Positions 56,548-64,000 of a stretch of 64,000 bases of DNA are shown here, piece after piece. The DNA lies in the NCBI GenBank assembly GCA_020050355.1, contig JAGVKT010000117.1, positions 12,787 through 76,786 of the forward strand. Direction: 5' to 3'. Both the position numbers and the translations under genes were made by a program. Numbering within the stretch: position 1 is the first letter of the stretch; every line of letters begins with the position of its first letter. The notes beneath the pieces are model-generated. The model did no database searches and was not told where the DNA came from. It saw nothing but the letters and a program-made list of their open reading frames with translations. This stretch comes from Gammaproteobacteria bacterium (GTDB lineage Bacteria; Pseudomonadota; Gammaproteobacteria; Francisellales; CACEW01).

Positions 56548-56609
56548 CCTTCATTGAACTTAGGGCCTTCAGAGGTTAAACTAAAATAGTAAACAAAATA
56601 AAGGAGTAA

Positions 56610-57077
56610 ATGATGAAAATTGATATTGGTTTATCAGATACGCAAAGAAACCAAATTGCAGAAGGTTTAAGCAAGCTGCTTGCTGATTCTTATACATTAT
56701 ACCTTAAGACCCAAAACTTTCACTGGAATGTTACTGGGCCTCATTTCAAAAGTTTGCATTTGATGTTTGAAGAGCAATATACTGACCTTGCGGCGGCAGT
56801 TGATGTTATTGCTGAACGCATTCGCGCTTTGGGAATTTTTACACCTGCGAGCTACGTTCAGTTTTCGCAGCTTACTAAAATTAAAGAATCGCTTGAAACT
56901 CCAAGTTGGGATAAAATGATTGCGCAACTTATTGAGGGTCATGAAACTGTAGTGCGTACTGCGCGTGCCTTAGTTCCCGTAGTTGAAGCGGCCAAAGATG
57001 AAGTGACACTTAATTTGTTAGCAGAGCGGATGGATGTTCATGAAAAAAATGCATGGATGCTGCGTAGTTCTGTTTAG
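56610..57077 (+). CDS. dps: Dps-family DNA-protection/ferritin-like protein
   Basis: 155 aa with LYLKTQNFHWNVTGPHFKSLHLMFEEQY, the ferroxidase-site pattern of Dps. Confidence 0.9.
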   Translation: MMKIDIGLSDTQRNQIAEGLSKLLADSYTLYLKTQNFHWNVTGPHFKSLHLMFEEQYTDLAAAVDVIAERIRALGIFTPASYVQFSQLTKIKESLETPSWDKMIAQLIEGHETVVRTARALVPVVEAAKDEVTLNLLAERMDVHEKNAWMLRSSV

Positions 57078-57083
57078 TCACTC

Positions 57084-58118
57084 ATGAAGATTTTAGTCAT
57101 TAAATTATCTTCATTAGGAGATCTCATTCACGTATTTCCGGCGTTATCTGATGTACAAAAAGCGATGGGTGATGTTCGTGTCGATTGGATGGTTGAAGAG
57201 GTTTTTGCTCAAGTGCCTGCTTGGCATCCATTAATTCGTCAAGTTATTCCTGTAGGTTTAAGGCGCTTGAAGCAGCAAGGATGGTGGCGCCTTAAAACCT
57301 TAAAAGAAATCTGGGCAATGCTTAAAAAAATACGTGCCACGCATTATGATCTTATTATTGATGCGCAGGGCCTGTACAAAAGTGCTTTGCTTGCTTGCCT
57401 GGCCCGAGGAAAGCGAGTAGGCTTAGCAAAAGGTAGTAGTCGCGAAAATGTAGGTTGGTTGTATCAGCAGCGCTTTTTTATTTCTTGGGAACTCCATGCT
57501 ATCAAACGTGTACGTGAATTATTTGCGCAGGCTTTGCATTATGATTATAAGGAGCAGCATGTAGATTATCAGTTGGGTTCATGGCAGGGGCAGGATTCAA
57601 AAGAGTTGGTTTTTGTGCATGCAACTACGTGGGCTACTAAACATTATCCACAAAAATATTGGCATCAGTTAGTGCGCTTCGCTTGTCAAAATTTGTGGAT
57701 CGTTGCATTGCCGCAAGTCAATACGCATGAACAAAGAGAAGCACAAGAAATTATCACTGGGTTTGAGCAGCACGCAGTTGTTCTTCCTAAGATGGATTTA
57801 ACAGCTATGCGTGATTATCTTAGAAAGGCTCGTGGTGTTGTTGCTGTGGATACAGGGCTTGCGCATATTGCTGCTGCGATGAATGTTCCGACACTTACAC
57901 TGTATGGTCCGACTGATCCTAAAGAAATTGGGACGCAGGGACAGCATCAAGAGCATTTACATGCAATATTTGAATGTGCTCCGTGTTGGCAAGTGGTGTG
58001 TACGCATGTTGACCGAATGCATGAACCTCATCCGCCTTGTTTTAAAACTATTCCCCCTATTTTAGTTTGGGATAGATTTAGCAAGCTTTTGGACAAAACT
58101 AATAAGGACAAAACTTGA
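57084..58118 (+). CDS. waaC: Lipopolysaccharide heptosyltransferase I
   Basis: 344 aa GT9 family (MKILVIKLSSLGDLIHVFPAL ... VDTGLAHIAAAMNVPTLTLYGPT). Confidence 0.8.
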   Translation: MKILVIKLSSLGDLIHVFPALSDVQKAMGDVRVDWMVEEVFAQVPAWHPLIRQVIPVGLRRLKQQGWWRLKTLKEIWAMLKKIRATHYDLIIDAQGLYKSALLACLARGKRVGLAKGSSRENVGWLYQQRFFISWELHAIKRVRELFAQALHYDYKEQHVDYQLGSWQGQDSKELVFVHATTWATKHYPQKYWHQLVRFACQNLWIVALPQVNTHEQREAQEIITGFEQHAVVLPKMDLTAMRDYLRKARGVVAVDTGLAHIAAAMNVPTLTLYGPTDPKEIGTQGQHQEHLHAIFECAPCWQVVCTHVDRMHEPHPPCFKTIPPILVWDRFSKLLDKTNKDKT

Positions 58119-60052
58119 AAAAAACTAAAAAGACTTTTATGTCATTTTTTAAAAAGAAAAAGAAACAGGACTGGCGCGCAGAAGATCCCTTTCAGGATCG
58201 TGAGTCTGAGCGCTATGTTGAGCCTATTCCTAGTCGAGAATATATCCTTAAAGTATTAAATGAAGCGACTGCACCTTTACAGTTAGAAGATTTATTGACC
58301 TTGTTTAATTTAGTGGGCGAGCGTAATAAAGATGGCTTGCGTCGGCGTTTGCGTGCGATGGAGCGTGAGCAGCAATTAGTATTGACCGAAGCTGGCACTT
58401 ATCGGTCTTTCATTGTGGGTAAAGATAAAGATTTTTTGGGTGCGGAAAAAGCTTTTGTAAAAGCAAAAGAAGTTGTTAAAGTTAATCTTGAGGTTGCGGC
58501 GAAGCTGGCTATTGATGAGCATCATCTGCCGCATGAATGGCCTAAAGAAGTACTGCGAGAAATTAATAATATTAGTTTAGAGATTAGTGCAACTGAGCGT
58601 GAAAAACGACGTGATCTTCGGGCCTTGCCTTTGGTGACGATTGATGGTGAAGACGCTAAAGACTTTGATGATGCTGTGTATTGTGAACGTGTGGGTGAAG
58701 ATTATCATTTGATTGTGGCTATTGCTGATGTTTCTTATTATGTTCGTTATGGTAGTGCTTTAGATCAAGAAGCTGAGGTTCGTGGAACGTCTGTTTATTT
58801 TCCGCAAAAAGTTATTCCGATGTTGCCTGAAGTGTTATCGAATGAGTTGTGTTCGTTGAAGCCTGATGTTGATCGTTTGTGCTTGGTTGCCGATATGATG
58901 GTGAGTAGTGAAGGTCAGTTGTTACGCTACGAATTTTATGATGCCATTATGTGTTCTAAGGCACGTTTGAATTACACTCAGGTTGCTAAAGTTCTAGAAG
59001 ATCCAGAGTTAGGAAAAACGCCGCCCTATAATAAATTTGCCTCAGTGTGGTCGCATGTTTTTGATTTGTATGCTTTGTATAAAATTTTATATCGCGCGCG
59101 CGTGGCCCGGGGCGCCTTGGATTTTGACACCGTTGAGGGTGTGTTGGTTTTAGATGATCAAGGGGTTTTAAAAAGAATTAAACCTGTGGTGCGTAATGAG
59201 GCGCATAAACTTATTGAAGAAGCGATGCTGCTTGCAAACGTTGCTGCTGGTCGCTTATTGGAGCACGCGAACCGTGCTGGTATTTATCGTGTCCATGAGG
59301 GTTTGAAAGAGGATAAATATCCGGGTTTGCGAGATTTTTTAAGTTCTCGTGGGCTTAAATTAGTTCGTCATCTTCCTACCGCAAAAGAGCTTAACCAAGT
59401 ATTGATGGTGGCTTATGATCGTCCGGATTTTTCAGTTTTACAGACGGCGGTATTGCGCTCGATGACTCAGGCAATTTACAATCCTCATAATATTGGGCAC
59501 TACGGTTTGGCATATGATACTTATACGCATTTTACTTCGCCTATTCGACGTTATCCGGATCTTTTAGTGCATCGATTAATTCGTAAAATTTTATCAAGCC
59601 ATGATCAAGCCGGTCATGTTTATGATGAAGATACTTTAATAGCACTGTGTGCGCATACTTCTACGACCGAGCGGCGTGCTGATGAAGCCAGCCGTCAAGT
59701 GGTTATGACTTTGAAATGTGGTTTATTGCAAGAGCATTTGGGTAAGGAGTTTACCGGAATTATTGCTGCGGTAACCCATTTTGGTTTGTTTGTTACTTTA
59801 GAAGAATGGTTGGTTGATGGATTGGTGCATGTTACGAGTTTGCCTGCAGATTATTATCAGTTTGATCCTGTGCATCATCGATTGCAAGGTGAGCGTAGCG
59901 GGCGCATTTACCAGATTGGACAAGAGCTTCGGGTTAAAGTGGTAAAAGTTGAACCGCTTGAACGTAAAGTAGATTTTTTAATTGCCGGTTATGAAAATGC
60001 GCGCAAACGACCAGGTCGTAATAAAAGTACTCATAAACGTAGTAAGAAATAA
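58115..60052 (+). CDS. rnr: Ribonuclease R
   Basis: 645 aa with an RNB domain (TIDGEDAKDFDDAV, HFTSPIRRYPDLLVHR), a C-terminal S1 domain and a basic tail. Either the TTG overlapping the waaC stop or the ATG at 58139 could be the start. Confidence 0.9.
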   Translation: MKKTKKTFMSFFKKKKKQDWRAEDPFQDRESERYVEPIPSREYILKVLNEATAPLQLEDLLTLFNLVGERNKDGLRRRLRAMEREQQLVLTEAGTYRSFIVGKDKDFLGAEKAFVKAKEVVKVNLEVAAKLAIDEHHLPHEWPKEVLREINNISLEISATEREKRRDLRALPLVTIDGEDAKDFDDAVYCERVGEDYHLIVAIADVSYYVRYGSALDQEAEVRGTSVYFPQKVIPMLPEVLSNELCSLKPDVDRLCLVADMMVSSEGQLLRYEFYDAIMCSKARLNYTQVAKVLEDPELGKTPPYNKFASVWSHVFDLYALYKILYRARVARGALDFDTVEGVLVLDDQGVLKRIKPVVRNEAHKLIEEAMLLANVAAGRLLEHANRAGIYRVHEGLKEDKYPGLRDFLSSRGLKLVRHLPTAKELNQVLMVAYDRPDFSVLQTAVLRSMTQAIYNPHNIGHYGLAYDTYTHFTSPIRRYPDLLVHRLIRKILSSHDQAGHVYDEDTLIALCAHTSTTERRADEASRQVVMTLKCGLLQEHLGKEFTGIIAAVTHFGLFVTLEEWLVDGLVHVTSLPADYYQFDPVHHRLQGERSGRIYQIGQELRVKVVKVEPLERKVDFLIAGYENARKRPGRNKSTHKRSKK

Positions 60053-60058
60053 AATATC

Positions 60059-60706
60059 ATGGTAGATGCGCATATTATTGAGCCTAAGCTTGCAGCGACT
60101 TCCAGCGTTATTTGGTTACATGGTTTAGGTGCTGATGGTTATGATTTTGCGCCCTTAGCGCAAGAGTTTAAATTACCCGCGACGCGGTTTATTTTTCCGC
60201 ATGCGCCTGTGCGTCCGATCACGATCAATAATGGTTATGAGATGCGCGGTTGGTATGATATTGTCAGTTTAAATCGTGATGAATTTGTTCATGATCTTGA
60301 GGGTATTGAAGCTTCGTGTGCTTTAGTGCAACGTTTGATAGCGCAAGAACATGAGCACGGTATTGCGTATGATAAAATTGTTCTTGCTGGCTTTTCTCAG
60401 GGCGGTGCAATTGCGTTGTTTTCTGGTTTGACGCTCGCACATCCGTTGGCCGGTATTTTGGCCTTATCAACTTATGTGCCAGCGCCAGAAGTTTTGTTAA
60501 GTCGTTGTGAGCCCATTACTCGGAATATTTTGATGATGCATGGTGATCAAGATGAAGTGATTCCTTTGCTTGTCGCGCAGGATGCGTTGTTATATCTTGA
60601 ATCAATTAAGCAATATCCAGAATTCAAAATCTATCCTATGGGGCATTCTGTATGTATGCCACAGGTTTTGGATATTGCAAAATGGTTGCAGGATCTTTTA
60701 TTGTGA
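60059..60706 (+). CDS. Carboxylesterase/phospholipase-family alpha/beta hydrolase
   Basis: 215 aa with WLHGLGADG and the nucleophile elbow GFSQGGA, plus a C-terminal His (MGHS). Confidence 0.8.
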   Translation: MVDAHIIEPKLAATSSVIWLHGLGADGYDFAPLAQEFKLPATRFIFPHAPVRPITINNGYEMRGWYDIVSLNRDEFVHDLEGIEASCALVQRLIAQEHEHGIAYDKIVLAGFSQGGAIALFSGLTLAHPLAGILALSTYVPAPEVLLSRCEPITRNILMMHGDQDEVIPLLVAQDALLYLESIKQYPEFKIYPMGHSVCMPQVLDIAKWLQDLLL

Positions 60707-60748
60707 GTTTCCTTTTTAAGCGTTTGATGGTACAATGATTGGTCTTAA

Positions 60749-61336
60749 GTGCGGGAGAAAATCATGGATAGCTTAATTATTGTAGCGGTAATTGTGGTAG
60801 TTTTGGTTTATGTGGTTGCTACTTATAATCGTTTAATTTCTTTGATTGAAACGATACGTAATAATCAAAAACAGATTGATATTCAGCTGGATCGTCGTTA
60901 TAAAGTTTTTCAATCTTTGATAGAGGTTGTTAAAAAATATATGGATTATGAGCAATCTACTTTAAAAGATGTCGTGGCGTTACGTAATCAAGCGCAAACC
61001 GCTAAAACTCAGGGCGATAGTGTTGGTATGATGCAAGCAGAGAATAAAATCTCGAGTATTCTTTCGGGATTGCAGGTGGTTTTTGAGCAATATCCTGATT
61101 TAAAAGCGAATCAAAATGCTTTGCAACTTCAAGAAGAAATCGTTAATACCGAAAATAAATTGGCATTTTCTAAGCAAGCTTTGAATGATAGCATAGAGCG
61201 TTATAATGCGCTGAAAAAATCATTCTTCCAGTCGCTTCTAGTTAAATTATTTACCAATCTTAATCAGGATTTTCCTTATTGGCAGCTTGATGCAGCAAGC
61301 GTTCAACAGCAAGAAAATTATACGGTTAAATTTTAA
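60749..61336 (+). CDS. lemA: LemA-family protein
   Basis: 195 aa with an N-terminal TM helix and the typical LemA motifs (YNRLI, QIDIQLDRRY, YPDLKAN, RYNA). Confidence 0.88.
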   Translation: MREKIMDSLIIVAVIVVVLVYVVATYNRLISLIETIRNNQKQIDIQLDRRYKVFQSLIEVVKKYMDYEQSTLKDVVALRNQAQTAKTQGDSVGMMQAENKISSILSGLQVVFEQYPDLKANQNALQLQEEIVNTENKLAFSKQALNDSIERYNALKKSFFQSLLVKLFTNLNQDFPYWQLDAASVQQQENYTVKF

Positions 61337-61342
61337 TTCACA

Positions 61343-62386
61343 ATGGATAATTTAAATAATTTTCAATGTCACACTACGGATTGGCGTCAATCTATTAAAA
61401 TTAATGGTCGGCGTACAGTCTTGGTTATTGTGACCTATCTACTTATTTATGGTTTTATAGGCTTGCTATTTGACCTTTATATGGCTAGTCGTGCTATGCC
61501 GCAGATGCCTTTGCCTACCTTGATGACCATGCTCTTAACTTTTCAAATTAAGCCGGTATATACCTTGGGAGCGATGGTAGTTGCAGCTATTTGTGTTTAT
61601 ATTACTTTTGCTTGTTATAAAAAGCTAATGCTGTTGGGTACTGACTATTTTGAGATTACGCCTACTACTGCACGCTCTGTTTTAGAGCAACAAATTTACA
61701 ATGTGGTTGAAGAAATGAAAATCGCTGCAAGCATGCCTTATATGCCACGAGTATTTATTATTGAGGCGAATTATATGAATGCCTTTGCTTCTGGGTTTAG
61801 TAATAAATCTGCTATGATCGCTATTACTCGGGGTTTGGCGGAGAAGCTCAATCGTGCTGAATTACAAGCAGTATTGGCCCACGAATTAAGCCATATTCGG
61901 CATATGGATATTCGGTTAACTTTATTTGCTTCAGTTTTGAGTAATTTAATTTTGATGTGTGTAGATGCTTTATTTTGGAGTGCACTATCTTCAAATAACC
62001 GGGGACGAGAAGAAGGGCGTTCACGTAATCAATTATTTTTGCTCATAATGATTTTGCGTTTTTTACTACCATTAATTACTTTGCTTTTACAGCTTTATTT
62101 GAGCCGCACGCGAGAATATATGGCAGATAGCGGTGCAGTTGAATTGATGCGCGATAATCATCCGCTTGCACAAGCTTTACTTAAAATTCATCAGGATCAT
62201 GAAGCACATCAAGGAGATTATCAAGCGGCTTATCAAAGTACGGCGCATGAGCAAGTGCGCAGTCAGGCTTATATTTATGATCCAAGCTTAGCGGGTATTG
62301 GTGGTTTGGGCAGTGGCAATTTATTCTCAACCCATCCTTCAATCGCTGCACGTTTGAAGGCCTTGGGTTTTTCAGAGAAGCAATAA
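61343..62386 (+). CDS. M48-family zinc metallopeptidase (HtpX-like)
   Basis: 347 aa with TM helices, the HELSHI zinc motif, and a downstream E (REYMAD). Confidence 0.85.
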   Translation: MDNLNNFQCHTTDWRQSIKINGRRTVLVIVTYLLIYGFIGLLFDLYMASRAMPQMPLPTLMTMLLTFQIKPVYTLGAMVVAAICVYITFACYKKLMLLGTDYFEITPTTARSVLEQQIYNVVEEMKIAASMPYMPRVFIIEANYMNAFASGFSNKSAMIAITRGLAEKLNRAELQAVLAHELSHIRHMDIRLTLFASVLSNLILMCVDALFWSALSSNNRGREEGRSRNQLFLLIMILRFLLPLITLLLQLYLSRTREYMADSGAVELMRDNHPLAQALLKIHQDHEAHQGDYQAAYQSTAHEQVRSQAYIYDPSLAGIGGLGSGNLFSTHPSIAARLKALGFSEKQ

Positions 62387-62446
62387 ATTTGATATTGTTT
62401 TAGAAAATCGCTATGATAGCTCCAGTCAAAATATAGGATCTCCACG

Positions 62447-63295
62447 ATGAAAATATTAATGCCAGCAGTTTTGCTAGCTACAGCTCTTACTTTGCCTGTG
62501 GCGAGTATGGCGACTCCAAAAGCGTCAAATAATAAACCTTTAAATACTGCTGCAGCTACGCAATTAGTGAATAAAATTTTAAGTGGGCAGGGTACTATCG
62601 TACAGACTTTTCCTGCAGCTAATAATTTGATTGGCTTTGTAGTTCGCTCTGCTCAAGGTGATAATGGTATTGTTTATGCGGATGCAAAAGGTCAGTATCT
62701 TTTTGTCGGCTCAGTAATTAATGCCCAGGGCCAGGATTTAACGCAGTTATTTACCAATCAATATATCAATAGTAAGATTGCGGGTCCTGCGTATCAAGAA
62801 GCGGTCAATCGCGCTTGGTTTGCTGATGGTCAGGATAATGCGCCTCATAAGGCTTATATTCTTATTGATCCAAATTGTATTTTTTGTAATTTACTCTATA
62901 AACAAGTTGCGCCTTTGATCGCTAATGGTCAATTACAAGTGCGTTGGATTCCTGTGGCTTTTCGCGATCCTTCTAGCCCAGGTAAGGCTGCGGCTTTATT
63001 AAATGCGGGATCGGATGAAGCAGCTGATAAGTTATTAGCACAGAATGAAGATGGTTTTAATAATCAAACAGAATCGGGTGCGTTGGTTCCACTAGCAGCT
63101 AATGCGAATGATCCTGCAGTCACCGCAGCATTTACTAAAGTCACGCAAAATACTGCATATTTTAGTCATTTTGGTTTTCAAGGAACGCCGACGATTCTTT
63201 ATAAACAAGCGGATGGTAAAGTGATGATGGTGCCCGGTTTGCCGCGTGGTCAAGCTTTTCAAGATATGATTACGAGCATGGGTTCAAGTTGGTAG
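62447..63295 (+). CDS. Periplasmic thiol:disulfide interchange protein, DsbC/DsbG family
   Basis: 282 aa with a signal peptide, an N-terminal dimerisation domain, and a thioredoxin fold with CIFC (CxxC). Confidence 0.8.
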   Translation: MKILMPAVLLATALTLPVASMATPKASNNKPLNTAAATQLVNKILSGQGTIVQTFPAANNLIGFVVRSAQGDNGIVYADAKGQYLFVGSVINAQGQDLTQLFTNQYINSKIAGPAYQEAVNRAWFADGQDNAPHKAYILIDPNCIFCNLLYKQVAPLIANGQLQVRWIPVAFRDPSSPGKAAALLNAGSDEAADKLLAQNEDGFNNQTESGALVPLAANANDPAVTAAFTKVTQNTAYFSHFGFQGTPTILYKQADGKVMMVPGLPRGQAFQDMITSMGSSW

Positions 63296-63298
63296 CTC

Positions 63299-63580
63299 AT
63301 GTTAACCTCTGAAATAAAAAAAAATTTAAAGTCAAAAGCACATGCGTTAAAGCCCGTGATTTTATTGGGGCACAATGGTTTAACTGATGCGGTGTTAAAA
63401 GAAATAATCAATGCGCTTGCATATCACGAGTTAATTAAGATCAAATTGCCGCAGTTAGAATATGCACAACGGCAGTTGCTAACAAATGAAATTCTTGCAG
63501 CGACTCATGCGCAGCTTGTGCAATCAATGGGTCGAATTGTTACGCTGTACCAAAAAAAAGAAGATGCCAGCGATTCTTGA
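63299..63580 (+). CDS. yhbY: Ribosome-assembly RNA-binding protein YhbY (CRM domain)
   Basis: 93 aa with LKSKAHALKPVILLGHNGLTDAVLKEI...HELIKIKL. Confidence 0.88.
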   Translation: MLTSEIKKNLKSKAHALKPVILLGHNGLTDAVLKEIINALAYHELIKIKLPQLEYAQRQLLTNEILAATHAQLVQSMGRIVTLYQKKEDASDS

Positions 63581-63598
63581 TGTCTTTTAGGATTATTT

Positions 63599-64000
63599 AT
63601 GGTTTACCCGATACATCAATTAAAGCGTTTACGCCGAACATCTGCTTTGCGCGATCTGGTGCAAGAAACGCGTCTTACTTCAGCTGAATTGATTTATCCT
63701 TTATTTATTGTTCCTGGAAAAAACCAAGAGCAGCCTATTCATAGTATGCCTGAGCAATATCGTTATTCTCCAGATGCATTGATGCCGATTTTAGAAAAAA
63801 TTAATGCCTCAGGGGTGAAGACAATTTTATTGTTTGGGCAAGCAGATGTGAAAGATGCGCAGGGATATTCGGTGTATGCAGCGGATAGCTGTGTGGTTCA
63901 AGCGCTTGCGGTAATTAAAAAATATAATCCGGAATGGGTAGTGATTACTGATGTATGTTTATGTAGTTATACAACTCATGGACATTGTGGGCTATTAAAA
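63599..64000 (+). CDS. hemB: Porphobilinogen synthase (5-aminolevulinate dehydratase), N-terminal part
   Basis: Translation from the ATG at 63599 reads MVYPIHQLKRLRRTSALRDLVQETRLTSAELIYPLFIVPG...ITDVCLCSYTTHGHCGLL, typical of HemB. It runs off the window. Confidence 0.9.
   Translation, partial: MVYPIHQLKRLRRTSALRDLVQETRLTSAELIYPLFIVPGKNQEQPIHSMPEQYRYSPDALMPILEKINASGVKTILLFGQADVKDAQGYSVYAADSCVVQALAVIKKYNPEWVVITDVCLCSYTTHGHCGLLK

Noticed and set aside
57644-57652. A perfect DnaA box (TTATCCACA) inside waaC.
   Set aside because: It is a single isolated box within a coding region. About 0.5 perfect matches are expected by chance in 64 kb on both strands, so it is consistent with chance.

Overview
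This 64-kb window is chromosomal DNA from a low-GC gammaproteobacterium (roughly 40% GC by eye). All calls rest on motif recognition in the supplied translations; no database search was possible.

Taxonomic guess (inference only): an intracellular Legionellales/Coxiellaceae-like organism. The support is core synteny (clpS-clpA/infA next to icd, tsaE-mutL, atpIBEFHAGDC, mnmG), mevalonate-pathway genes, an ankyrin-repeat gene, and several orphan genes embedded in very AT-rich DNA.

The window is densely coding and mostly housekeeping:
- A nine-gene, translationally coupled purine operon on the minus strand (purL-purM-purQS-purC-purF-purD-purN-purH-purE, 10776 down to 1).
- The complete F1Fo ATP synthase operon (21721-28538, minus strand).
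- tRNA-Arg(ACG) and tRNA-Ser(CGA).
- lipA, clpSA, icd, typA, ung, apaH, mnmG, dps, waaC, rnr and hemB.
- No rRNA, CRISPR array, transposase or integrase was seen.

Most interesting observations:
1. PurQ carries two tandem PurS-like domains at its C-terminus, and no separate purS gene is present.
2. An HMG-CoA synthase is fused to a mevalonate kinase in one 755-aa ORF.
3. Two perfect DnaA boxes and two near-perfect ones cluster within 131 bp upstream of tsaE-mutL.
4. Three orphan, effector-like genes sit at synteny breakpoints in AT-rich DNA. One has a Gly-Ala repeat N-terminus, one is an ankyrin-repeat protein with a PmrA-like TTAAT-N6-TTAAT site upstream, and one is a 471-aa multi-TM protein with a GC-rich Gly-Ala/Thr repeat module.
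5. An ~0.8-kb, roughly 80% A+T non-coding tract full of T9-T10 runs lies upstream of the atp region.
6. Two SD-preceded micro-ORFs lie in front of a CorA-family transporter gene. One encodes a 22-aa poly-Lys/Ala histone-H1-tail-like peptide.
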